A stretch of DNA of 64,000 nt from an uncultured Pseudobdellovibrio sp. (GTDB lineage Bacteria; Bdellovibrionota; Bdellovibrionia; Bdellovibrionales; Bdellovibrionaceae): positions 86,457 to 150,456 of the forward strand of contig CBINGM010000004.1 in NCBI GenBank assembly GCA_966250225.1, given 5' to 3'. The first letter of the stretch is position 1, and each line of letters starts with the position of its first letter. Both the position numbers and the translations under genes were made by a program. Below are positions 46,718 through 56,041 of this stretch, piece by piece. A model generated the notes under the pieces. It was not told the DNA's origin. It ran no database searches and worked only from the letters and a program-made list of their open reading frames with translations.

Positions 46718-49417
46718 ATGACAAATCCAACTACATTGGCCGATAGATATAATCCACAAGACGTTGAAGCTACTGTTTACAAACAGTGGGAAGATAAGGG
46801 CTATTTCAAAGCTCAAGATCAATCAACAAAACCTCCGTTCTCAATTATTTTACCTCCACCGAACGTCACAGGTTTTTTACATTTAGGTCACGCGCTTGAT
46901 CACACGATCCAGGATTTATTAATCCGCTGGAAACGTATGTCTGGATTCAATGCCATGTGGTTACCAGGAACTGATCACGCCGGTATCGCAACTCAAACTG
47001 TTGTTGAAAAAGAATTAAAGAAAAACGGCGGCGTAACTCGTCATGATCTTGGCCGTGAAAAATTCGTAGAAAAAGTTTGGGAATGGAAACATGAATACGG
47101 TGATCGTATTTACCGTCAAATGCGCCGTTTAGGTGATTCATGTGACTGGGATCGCGCCACTTTCACTTTAGATGAAGGCGTATCAAAAGCCGTTCGTAAA
47201 GTTTTCGTTTCTTTATACAAAAAGAATTTAATCTACAAAGGTCAACGTTTAGTCAACTGGTCAGGCCCGCTTGAATCAGCGATCTCTGATCTTGAGGTAG
47301 AACACAAACAAGTTAAAGGAACTCTTTACCACATCAACTATCGTGTTGATGAAACAGGAGAACTTTTAACTGTAGCCACAACTCGTCCTGAAACAATGTT
47401 AGGTGATACGGCTTTATGTGTTCACCCGGATGATCCACGCTACAAACACCTCATCGGCAAAACTGTTACTGTTCCGTTAATTAATCGTAAAATTAAAATC
47501 ATCGCAGATACTTACGTTGATCTTAATTTCGGTTCTGGTGTTGTGAAAATTACTCCGGCCCATGATTTTAACGATTACAAAATCGGTAAAACTCACAAAT
47601 TAGATTTCATTAATATCTTAACTAAAAAAGCGACGATGAATGAAAACGCTGGTCCTTACCAAGGTTTAAAAGTTCAAGAAGCGCGTAAAAAAGTTCGCGA
47701 AGATTTAACAGCACTTGGTCTATTAGTTAAAGAAGAACCGCATATGATGTCAGTAGGTCACTGCTCGCGCACAGACGCTGTTGTTGAGCCGTTCTTATCT
47801 GAACAATGGTTTTTAAAAATGGAAGAACTGGCGGTTCCCGCTAAACGCGTGGTTGAATCAGGTACAATCCGTTTTGAACCCGAATCATGGACAAAAGTTT
47901 ATCTTCACTGGATGAATATCATCGAAGACTGGTGTATCTCGCGCCAATTATGGTGGGGGCATCGTATTCCTGCTTGGCACTGCGGTGACTGTGAAAAACA
48001 CACGGTAGCTGAACACACGCCAGAAAAATGTGAACACTGCGGAAGTACAAAAGTAACGCAAGAAGAAGACGTGTTAGACACATGGTTCTCTTCAGCGCTT
48101 TGGCCGTTTTCAACAATGGGTTGGCCAAATGAAGATCAACACTCTGTTGAAACACAAAAAACTTTCTACCCAACGAATTACTTAGTGACTGGTCACGATA
48201 TTATTTTCTTCTGGGTGGCCAGAATGATCGTCATGGGTGTTGAATTTAAAAAAGACGTGCCGTTTAGAACGGTATACGTTCACGGTTTAGTGCGCGATAG
48301 CCAAGGCCGTAAGATGTCTAAGTCGTTAGGTAACTCGATTGATCCAATTGATATGATCGATAAATACGGAGCCGATGCTTTACGTTTTAGTTTCTTAGCG
48401 CACTTATTTAGCGGTAAGGATTTTAAATTCTCTGAACAGCGTTTAGAGGGCTACCGTAACTTTATGAATAAAGTTTGGAATGCATCTCGTTTCGTATTAT
48501 CGAACATTGCTGATATGCCTATGCCAGCTGAAGGCTTAAAAGCTTTACCAAATAAAGCGCATACAAGTGTTTTTGACCAATGGATTATTTCAAAATTAGG
48601 CGAAGTGGAAAAGAAAGTTCAGGAATCTTTAGAAGGCGAAAAATTTTCTGAAGCCGCTTTAGAATTATATCACTTTATCTGGAATGAGTTCTGTGACTGG
48701 TATATTGAATTTTCAAAACCAATCATGCAATCAACAAACGTTGAAGAAAAACGTGCCACACAATTAGTGATGGCGCAGGTTCTAAACCGTATGATCAGAC
48801 TTCTTCACCCGTTCTGCCCGTTTATCACGGAAGAGATCTACGCAAAACTTCCGCTTAAAGGCGAAGCTTGTATCATTGATCAATACCCAACAACGGCTAA
48901 CGATAAAGAATTATTAGCTTTAGGTAATAAAAAATCTGAGCATGAAATTGATATCGTAAAAGAAGTGATCACAGCCATTCGTAATATCCGCGGCGAAAAC
49001 CGCATTAGCCCGGCTACGAAATTAACGGTTCGCTTAGGTGTGACTGAAGCTTCAGTTCAAAAAACATTAAGCGAAAACCGCACAGCGATTATGACAATCG
49101 GTCGTCTAGAAAGCTTAGATATCGGCGCTGATGGCAACTTAATGAAATGTGCCGTAGCTCCGGTTTCAGTTCGTGAAGCACAAGTAAAAGTGATTATCCC
49201 GCTTGAAGGCTTAGTTGATTTTGGTGAAGAGTTAAAACGTATCCAAAAAACAATCGAAAAGCTTGATAAAGACATCAACTTACTGACAAACAAACTTTCT
49301 AACGAAAAGTTCGTAGCAAATGCTGATGAAGACGTGATCGCAGCCGACCGCCAATTGCTGGCGCAATCAAAAGTGCAGATCGTTTCATTAAAAGAAGCGC
49401 TAACTCGCTTCCAATAG
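46718..49417 (+). CDS. valS: Valine--tRNA ligase
   Basis: PPPNVTGFLHLGH (HIGH), DWCISRQLWWGH, KMSKS. Confidence 0.99.
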   Translation: MTNPTTLADRYNPQDVEATVYKQWEDKGYFKAQDQSTKPPFSIILPPPNVTGFLHLGHALDHTIQDLLIRWKRMSGFNAMWLPGTDHAGIATQTVVEKELKKNGGVTRHDLGREKFVEKVWEWKHEYGDRIYRQMRRLGDSCDWDRATFTLDEGVSKAVRKVFVSLYKKNLIYKGQRLVNWSGPLESAISDLEVEHKQVKGTLYHINYRVDETGELLTVATTRPETMLGDTALCVHPDDPRYKHLIGKTVTVPLINRKIKIIADTYVDLNFGSGVVKITPAHDFNDYKIGKTHKLDFINILTKKATMNENAGPYQGLKVQEARKKVREDLTALGLLVKEEPHMMSVGHCSRTDAVVEPFLSEQWFLKMEELAVPAKRVVESGTIRFEPESWTKVYLHWMNIIEDWCISRQLWWGHRIPAWHCGDCEKHTVAEHTPEKCEHCGSTKVTQEEDVLDTWFSSALWPFSTMGWPNEDQHSVETQKTFYPTNYLVTGHDIIFFWVARMIVMGVEFKKDVPFRTVYVHGLVRDSQGRKMSKSLGNSIDPIDMIDKYGADALRFSFLAHLFSGKDFKFSEQRLEGYRNFMNKVWNASRFVLSNIADMPMPAEGLKALPNKAHTSVFDQWIISKLGEVEKKVQESLEGEKFSEAALELYHFIWNEFCDWYIEFSKPIMQSTNVEEKRATQLVMAQVLNRMIRLLHPFCPFITEEIYAKLPLKGEACIIDQYPTTANDKELLALGNKKSEHEIDIVKEVITAIRNIRGENRISPATKLTVRLGVTEASVQKTLSENRTAIMTIGRLESLDIGADGNLMKCAVAPVSVREAQVKVIIPLEGLVDFGEELKRIQKTIEKLDKDINLLTNKLSNEKFVANADEDVIAADRQLLAQSKVQIVSLKEALTRFQ

Positions 49418-49442
49418 TTCGAGATAACAAATTCAAAAAAGC

Positions 49443-49474
49443 AAAAGGGGCTGATTCAGCCCCTTTTATTTTTT
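49443..49474. terminator. Bidirectional intrinsic terminator
   Basis: AAAAGGGGCTGA-T-TCAGCCCCTTTT followed by a T run. Confidence 0.85.
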
Positions 49475-50588
49475 ACTCGAACATGAAACCCACACCCCAT
49501 TCATACAAGTAAGGCATTTTAGGAACTACCGTGCGGCTATAGTGCTTCCATAGATTTTTTGGTTTATCAGAAAAGCGGTTTTCTTTTGTAGGAATACGCT
49601 TTCCTTTATAGTCCTGCGGAATGATTAAATAGAACAATCTTTCAGTTTGCACCTGTGATTTATCATCAAAAGTAAATTCTAATGGTGCGACTTTATCTAA
49701 CTGCGCACTCGCTTGCGGGTATACACAGTATTTTAGAGCTTCAGGAATTTTTACCGACCAGTATTCAGCAAAGTCAGTTCTAGCTTGGTTCGGAAATTCG
49801 TATTTAGCCAAACCTTCCATCATGAATTTAAAAATTTCTTTTCTTGTTCCGCAGAAGCCTTGTGTACTTTGAAAATGTTCATCACTGACACGCGCATCAT
49901 AGAATAAGTACGGGTACCATGTGTTCTCAGAATAAATACTGCCTTTACGAAGTTCTCCAGTAATTTCTTTTTCTTTAAATGACGGAACTGTCGCTAAGAA
50001 ATTAAAATTATTTCCGGTAAATTTTAATTTAAATTTACCTTCGTCTTTTCCGGTTAAGTAAATGTTGGGTTTACCCATCGCAATGTTTCCACCGTGGGGA
50101 TAATAGTTTCCGCCACAGCCGTACATGCTCCAGCCACACGGGTTGTAAAAGTTTTGATTGAATTGTTGGTAACCCCAACCACCCCACCACGGCGATGGCC
50201 ACAAATTATAAGACATTGGATTAAAAACGGCCGGGTTTGCGTACCCCGCTGACGTTTCCATTCCTGTTGAAGCGGTTTTACGAACTGACTTTGCTAAGTT
50301 AACGTTGATTAATTTATTCGGCAGATCAGAAATCTGAATCACATCTTGAAACGAACAACCTTCTTTATTAACGGCATCGATTTGATAATTACCTGTTAAT
50401 AAATGCACTTGCCCTGTTCCATACATTGGAACTTCAAGTTGGTACAAAACCATTTTATCCTGGCTAACGACAACTTGAGACAACCCTTTGCAGGATTGAT
50501 CTTCAGTTTGCAATTTAAATTCGATAATTTCGGCTTGAGAAGTTAAAGATGCAAATAAGCCTACGAGTAAAAGGATTAAATTTCTCAT
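49473..50588 (-). CDS. Secreted hypothetical protein with KPxIYL-type C-terminal domain
   Basis: Signal peptide (SQA-E); GKPNIYL, YLFYDA, FAEYWSVKI, ERLFY; Trp/Tyr/Gly-rich linker. Alternative start at 50621. Confidence 0.75.
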   Translation of the reverse strand: MRNLILLLVGLFASLTSQAEIIEFKLQTEDQSCKGLSQVVVSQDKMVLYQLEVPMYGTGQVHLLTGNYQIDAVNKEGCSFQDVIQISDLPNKLINVNLAKSVRKTASTGMETSAGYANPAVFNPMSYNLWPSPWWGGWGYQQFNQNFYNPCGWSMYGCGGNYYPHGGNIAMGKPNIYLTGKDEGKFKLKFTGNNFNFLATVPSFKEKEITGELRKGSIYSENTWYPYLFYDARVSDEHFQSTQGFCGTRKEIFKFMMEGLAKYEFPNQARTDFAEYWSVKIPEALKYCVYPQASAQLDKVAPLEFTFDDKSQVQTERLFYLIIPQDYKGKRIPTKENRFSDKPKNLWKHYSRTVVPKMPYLYEWGVGFMFE

Positions 50589-50647
50589 GACTTCTAGTTT
50601 AGCGAAGTCATGAGATAACACCCAGAGTGTAGGTAAATATCTGGACC

Positions 50648-52201
50648 TTAGTTCATTCCTTTATAGGTTTGAATTTCATTCTGCGCTTCGGATTCAGCTT
50701 GGTCTAAATCATAAGGATTATAAACTTCGCCGTAAGTCGGACACACTTGCGCTAAACCAGAAGCCTGACCTTCACGTCCGCCCCAGCGACCAAGAATATC
50801 TTCATTCGGATTTGAAGATAAATAGCTCTTGAAAAGACGACGTTTAATTTCAGCCATATCTAAAGTTTCTTTACCGATTTTCACGCGGCAAATTGATAAT
50901 TCACTTGGCGCTACAGAAGTCTTTGCTAAATCAGACTCAGCTTTTGCTGATAATTCTGGATGAGCAAAAATTCTTTTAAATTGTTTTAAGCGAATATCGC
51001 TAAAACCTTTTGTTCCTAAGTGCTCAATACCATGCGTGAAGTAAGCACGCGCTAACATCACCGCATCAAATAAACGACGGTCACGGCTTGGTGTTGATAA
51101 CTGATCATATTGTTTCGCTACTAAACACTGCATGTTAGGTAAGTTTTTTTCTTCAGCTTTAAATTCTTTTAAAATATATAATAAATCTTCGTCTTCTTGC
51201 GCTAAAGGGCTTGCGCTGATTTTCTTTTGATTTAATTCAGCTTCTTTAACGATCGCGATTTTTAATTGTTTTTTATACTGTTCAGCTTCATCAATAGCCG
51301 TAATACGTTGTTTAACGTCATCACACGCATCTTTTAATAAACGCTCGACGATTTCTTGCAGCGATTCTTTTTTCGTCGCTAATTTAGTTTGGATTGTTTG
51401 CTTCCACGATTTTAGATCTAACTGATATTGGTCGTTGCTGTACTCTGAAAGCATACGTGGATCAGCTTGTAATTTATCAACCGGAATCCAGTAACGAAAG
51501 CCTGCGTAGCCATCATTAACATAAGTTGGAATTTTAATTTTTGCTGATAACGGATCTGCTGGGTTCGTTAATTTTTCATCGGGTTGAAAAACCCAGAAAG
51601 GATTTGGCCAGCTTGAACGCTGTTGTAATTTTGAGCCTGAAGCTTTACCCACTACAGAGTTATACACTAAACGGGGGTTACCTTTGGCATCGATGCCTGC
51701 GATTGTCCAAGAGTGGTGATTAATTTTAGCGGTTAAGATGATGACTCCTGGGCGAATGTTATTAATCGAAACTGGGTAAGTGTCATGCTGTAAGCTTGTC
51801 GTTGATACGATATCAAATAACATATTAAAAAACGCACGTAAGCGCGGTACACCTTCTGGATAATTATCAAAACGTTTCATCGATTGCGCGATGATGGATT
51901 TAGGATTCGCAGGGTTTTTAATGGCCCACGGTAAACCATTTTCAAAAGAGAAAATCACACGTAACGCATAAACTGTATCCGCGCAGTCAGTGGTCATTCC
52001 AAAGTAAGGATTTTTAACCGTCTTTTTTGTATCTAAAAATTCACGCGAAAACATATCCACGCGCGCATTGGTTTTTACCCACTCCGAGTACTTTGCTTCA
52101 AGTTCTGGGGTCCATTGTTGAGTTACAGTCCATAGATCTGCCGAAGCGGTCATGGCCTGTAATAGAATCGTTAAAAATAGGTATAATCCAAGCTTTTTCA
52201 C
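50648..52201 (-). CDS. Secreted hypothetical protein with DCAD...HHSW motifs
   Basis: GAGGA SD, GTG start, signal peptide (ASA-D). Confidence 0.8.
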   Translation of the reverse strand: MKKLGLYLFLTILLQAMTASADLWTVTQQWTPELEAKYSEWVKTNARVDMFSREFLDTKKTVKNPYFGMTTDCADTVYALRVIFSFENGLPWAIKNPANPKSIIAQSMKRFDNYPEGVPRLRAFFNMLFDIVSTTSLQHDTYPVSINNIRPGVIILTAKINHHSWTIAGIDAKGNPRLVYNSVVGKASGSKLQQRSSWPNPFWVFQPDEKLTNPADPLSAKIKIPTYVNDGYAGFRYWIPVDKLQADPRMLSEYSNDQYQLDLKSWKQTIQTKLATKKESLQEIVERLLKDACDDVKQRITAIDEAEQYKKQLKIAIVKEAELNQKKISASPLAQEDEDLLYILKEFKAEEKNLPNMQCLVAKQYDQLSTPSRDRRLFDAVMLARAYFTHGIEHLGTKGFSDIRLKQFKRIFAHPELSAKAESDLAKTSVAPSELSICRVKIGKETLDMAEIKRRLFKSYLSSNPNEDILGRWGGREGQASGLAQVCPTYGEVYNPYDLDQAESEAQNEIQTYKGMN

Positions 52202-52420
52202 AATACGTCCTCATCAACCCAATACGGGCTAATGCTTTTTACAGCAGAATACTGGCCAAAATAGGCTTAAATTTACGCGCATCTGATCGGCGATCGTCTA
52301 ATCAGATGACATATTTTTTTCGATATTTGTCACTTCGTGAAGTTAATCCCTGTCAGAATCATGACAGTAGAAATAGGGGTAATTTCGTTCTAAAAGAACT
52401 CTAAGAAAGGGGAAAATCCC

Positions 52421-52492
52421 ATGAACAATTTAAATATGTCATTAATGGTTGTACTAGCTGCACTTATCGTAACTCACATCGTGATCGCGTAA
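52421..52492 (+). CDS. Small hydrophobic ORF, 23 aa (MNNLNMSLMVVLAALIVTHIVIA)
   Basis: Not in ORF track; AAGGGG SD 8 nt upstream; single TM-length hydrophobic helix. Confidence 0.4.
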   Translation: MNNLNMSLMVVLAALIVTHIVIA

Positions 52493-52524
52493 GATCACGG
52501 TGTTTTACGTCGGTAGTGAGATTA

Positions 52525-53283
52525 CTACTCGACGCACTGGCAGTTGGATTCGATTTTATCTAATCCCGTACAGCTGACAGTTTTGCCGTTTTTCGAGATC
52601 GAAAAAGATTCAATAATACCGGCACGTTCAACAAGAACGACCTCTTCGCCTTCTTGGAAATAAGCGCGGCTTCCGCGTTCGTCTAACACCAGGTTGGCTC
52701 CACCACGTAAATAATTAATATAATCATCTGAAGGATTACGAGCTTTCTCGGGATCCACCTGTTGTAATTCAGGAAATCCCTGATCGTTGATATTGTAAAG
52801 CTGCGCGTACTTAACTGGCGCGTTTGGATTTTCGTAGTTTACTTCTGTACGGATTCTTTTACGAGTTCCATCCGGGTTTTGCAGGTCTAACTGAGTCCAA
52901 TCATCCATTTGCACCACAACTTCGCCTAAGCCCGGACGTAAGCTCACTAATAAATTATCGTAAGTTGGTTCAATCGTTGGATTATCAATCGCTGTAGAGA
53001 CTTTTAAGCATGTACCGATTGTTTTTAAATGATTGGCGAAGTTCTTAGAAATCGTGTCACGCGCTGTTCCTGGTTGTAATGCAGCCGATGCCGAAACTGG
53101 TGCACGGGTTACTTCAGCCGGAATATTTTCGTTTACAATTTTAGTCGTAGGGACATTGTAATCAGAATCTGAATCGATTTTATTTTTTTTGATATTTAAA
53201 GCTTCAGTGGGATGGTCAGCAAAATAAAAAAGAGCCATCGCGATTAACGTGGCTCCAATTCCTAGTAATAAATCTTTTCTCAT
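52525..53283 (-). CDS. Hypothetical membrane-anchored protein
   Basis: 252-aa ORF, N-terminal TM helix, terminal CQC. Confidence 0.75.
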   Translation of the reverse strand: MRKDLLLGIGATLIAMALFYFADHPTEALNIKKNKIDSDSDYNVPTTKIVNENIPAEVTRAPVSASAALQPGTARDTISKNFANHLKTIGTCLKVSTAIDNPTIEPTYDNLLVSLRPGLGEVVVQMDDWTQLDLQNPDGTRKRIRTEVNYENPNAPVKYAQLYNINDQGFPELQQVDPEKARNPSDDYINYLRGGANLVLDERGSRAYFQEGEEVVLVERAGIIESFSISKNGKTVSCTGLDKIESNCQCVE

Positions 53284-53322
53284 ACCCTACTCCGCCTATC
53301 ACAGCGAAGTGGGCCGTGATAG

Positions 53323-54300
53323 CTATTTAATTAAACCAATTTCACGAAGTCTTTGCATCAAAAATTCGTGACCAGTGATGTCTGGGTATTTAGCGCCCGC
53401 ACCACGGCAAGATGGTAAACAGCTTAATAAGCTTTCTGGATGCGGATGCATAAAGAATGGCATTGAATAACGAGACTGATTTGTTCCATCTTGAGGGTTG
53501 ATCACACGGTGTGTAGTCGATGGAATCACTTCGTTTGTTAAACGAGCTAACATATCACCCGCATCAACGATTAATGTTCCGAAATCAGATTCGATATCTA
53601 ACCAAGTGCCATCGCGGTCTTTTAATTGAAGACCTGATTGCGTAGCCGCCGGTAAGATCGTGATAAAGTTAATATCTTCGTGAGCCGCTGCACGAATGCA
53701 ACGAGGATCAGTGCCTTCTGGAATTGGTGGGTAATGAAGTAAACGTAAGATCGAGTTACCTTCTTGCACCATGTTTTTAAAATAAGTTTTTTCAACTTCT
53801 AATGGATACGTTAACGCTTCCATCATTTGAATGCCGGCTTCTTCTAATTTAGAGAATAATTTTTCAAACACCGGACGGAATTCAGGAATCGTATCATCGG
53901 GCCAAATGTTTTTTGGATAGTATTTAGAAAACTGGTGATCGTCTGGAACTTCACGACCCACGTGCCAGAACTCTTTTAAGTCTTTTACTTCAGCGCCCTT
54001 CGCGTGCTCTGTACCAAACGCCGTGTAACCACGTTGGCCGCCACCTTTTTCAGAAATGTAAGTGCGTTTTTTCGCATCTGGAAGCGCGTAGAATTTTTCT
54101 AAGATTTGATAAGATTGTTTAAGAAGGTCTTGATCAACATCGTGATCTTTTAACACGATAAAACCGTAATCTTTAATGCCTGTGAAAAGCTGATCGATGA
54201 ACTTCACTTTGTCGGCTTCAGAGCCTTTCGTGTAGCTTCCAAGGCTTAATGTTGGAACTTTACGTAACGTGGATTGAGCTTTATTTTCTTGCGTTTGCAT
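53323..54300 (-). CDS. 2-oxoglutarate/Fe(II) oxygenase, isopenicillin N synthase family
   Basis: LRLLHYPP, AAHEDINFITIL, STTHRV, RYSMPFF. Confidence 0.92.
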   Translation of the reverse strand: MQTQENKAQSTLRKVPTLSLGSYTKGSEADKVKFIDQLFTGIKDYGFIVLKDHDVDQDLLKQSYQILEKFYALPDAKKRTYISEKGGGQRGYTAFGTEHAKGAEVKDLKEFWHVGREVPDDHQFSKYYPKNIWPDDTIPEFRPVFEKLFSKLEEAGIQMMEALTYPLEVEKTYFKNMVQEGNSILRLLHYPPIPEGTDPRCIRAAAHEDINFITILPAATQSGLQLKDRDGTWLDIESDFGTLIVDAGDMLARLTNEVIPSTTHRVINPQDGTNQSRYSMPFFMHPHPESLLSCLPSCRGAGAKYPDITGHEFLMQRLREIGLIK

Positions 54301-54433
54301 GCAAATCTCCCCTACTTATCGTGTTTTTCAAACCTAACCAATAAACCATATCTTAGGCAAAATCTCTAGAAAATGGCGACGTGTTAAGCAAGTATTTGAC
54401 GATTTTTCAGGACTGTAAAGGAGTTGGACAGTG

Positions 54434-55603
54434 TTAGCTCACTATAATTGGAAGAGACAGTGAAATTTCAGTAAATTCATTAAGTATTGAATTAATCTCA
54501 AGTTTTCCATTGTGCTGTTTCAAATATTCATTTGCGCTAAACAGCCCTATTCCAGAACCGGATGTTTGGTGATTTTCTTTACCATGCGAAAGCCTTTCTT
54601 TACCCAAAGCTTTTAATATCGAATCAGGAATGCCTCGGCCCTTATCTTTTATTTTTAATACGCAAAATTGATTAGACCTCATAGTACTAACCGTAATTAT
54701 TTTACGCTCTTGCGGCATGCCTTCCAAAGCCTCGGCAGCATTATTTATAAGATTACTCGTGATCCTCTCCAGCTCTGACGAGTCAATTGCACATAATATT
54801 TTACTAGAATCTAGCTCCAGTTTAAAATCAATACTCTCTCTCTTATATAGAACTTCTTTTTCAGAAACTATTTTCGTTACTGCATAATTTACGTCTGTAA
54901 TGAGCTCTTTGGAAGTCGGCGACAATAGATCACTCGCAATATCTGTTATCCGATTAATAGCTTGATTAAATAAGTCATTTACTTCTTGTTCAGGTGATTG
55001 CAACCGAGAAGAAATTAGATTTAATACCGACAAAGGAGAGCGAATATCATGTGCTAATTTTAAAGAAATTAGTTCCTTTGCATTAGCGATCTCCTGCAAT
55101 CTATTAAGCTCAAGCTTTTTTCTTTTTTCATTTACGCTGAAGATAAGGCTTGTCATCGCGATGATAACCAAACCTATGAATCTCATCAACCACAGCGCTA
55201 TGAGAAAATAGTTGGTATTTGTAATTTGAAAAGAAAGAGAATATTCCGTACCACTTAGTGACTTAATGATTAGATCTTTATTGACATGATTTAATGTTAA
55301 GAAGCTGTGAAGGCTATCACATTCATCTTGAATGGACGTAAAGTCGATAATTACTCTCTGGAGATCTAATCTAGTAAGCTTACTACATCTAATATAATTA
55401 GAACGAGTAATGTCAGCCACCATATTTGATAGCTTTTGATAGTTATCTGAATAAAATTCACTTCTAAACTGGTTAGCCAGAGAAACGGTTATCTTCTCGG
55501 CGTAATGAGTTTGGATGGCATAGAAAATACATTGGCACAGCAAAAGCCATCCAAGAACAGAGCTAATAATAACGATCTTAAATGTATTCTTTTTGTACCA
55601 CAT
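54434..55603 (-). CDS. Membrane sensor histidine kinase, with no response regulator nearby
   Basis: Two TM helices, H-box LAHDIRSPL, N-box LINNAAEA, DKGRGIP, GSGIGL. Confidence 0.93.
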   Translation of the reverse strand: MWYKKNTFKIVIISSVLGWLLLCQCIFYAIQTHYAEKITVSLANQFRSEFYSDNYQKLSNMVADITRSNYIRCSKLTRLDLQRVIIDFTSIQDECDSLHSFLTLNHVNKDLIIKSLSGTEYSLSFQITNTNYFLIALWLMRFIGLVIIAMTSLIFSVNEKRKKLELNRLQEIANAKELISLKLAHDIRSPLSVLNLISSRLQSPEQEVNDLFNQAINRITDIASDLLSPTSKELITDVNYAVTKIVSEKEVLYKRESIDFKLELDSSKILCAIDSSELERITSNLINNAAEALEGMPQERKIITVSTMRSNQFCVLKIKDKGRGIPDSILKALGKERLSHGKENHQTSGSGIGLFSANEYLKQHNGKLEINSILNEFTEISLSLPIIVS

Positions 55604-55684
55604 GATAACAGTTATAACATTATTTCATGGGTTATTGTAATCCGAGATTTTTAATCCTATAAATAAGTCCTTATTGGAGAATTT

Positions 55685-56041
55685 ATGCAAAACAAAACAT
55701 TCGTACTTGCAGTTTCATTGTTCAACTTATTCAGCAATATTAAGGCCTTTGGTCAGGTTCAGACACAAGAACCTAAATTTGTTGAAGGTGATGCTATCGT
55801 TAGAGTAAAATCGGACAAAGTCCCAGATGTACGAAAAGCCTTGTCTAAGAACGGAGTTTACATTGATGAATTTAGCCAAGTGGTTACCCATCAAGAACAA
55901 AGTTATATTGATATTAAGTGTTTTAATTGTATTATTAATAATAAGCACTTTACTGACTACATCCAACACTCGGACAATGACATCGTTACAACTAAGAAAT
56001 ATGACAAAGACTCTAAAGTATCTAACAATTCGTGGAAGTGA
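55685..56041 (+). CDS. Small secreted protein (118 aa), possible precursor peptide
   Basis: GGAG SD, signal-like MQNKTFVLAVSLFNLFSNIKAFG, contains CFNC; the 3' part overlaps the next gene. Confidence 0.65.
   Translation: MQNKTFVLAVSLFNLFSNIKAFGQVQTQEPKFVEGDAIVRVKSDKVPDVRKALSKNGVYIDEFSQVVTHQEQSYIDIKCFNCIINNKHFTDYIQHSDNDIVTTKKYDKDSKVSNNSWK

Noticed and set aside
54301-54433. Possible att site at the left island boundary (ATGGCGAC at ~54373, also at 59281)
   Set aside because: Only 8 bp, expected by chance, and no integrase or tRNA is adjacent.
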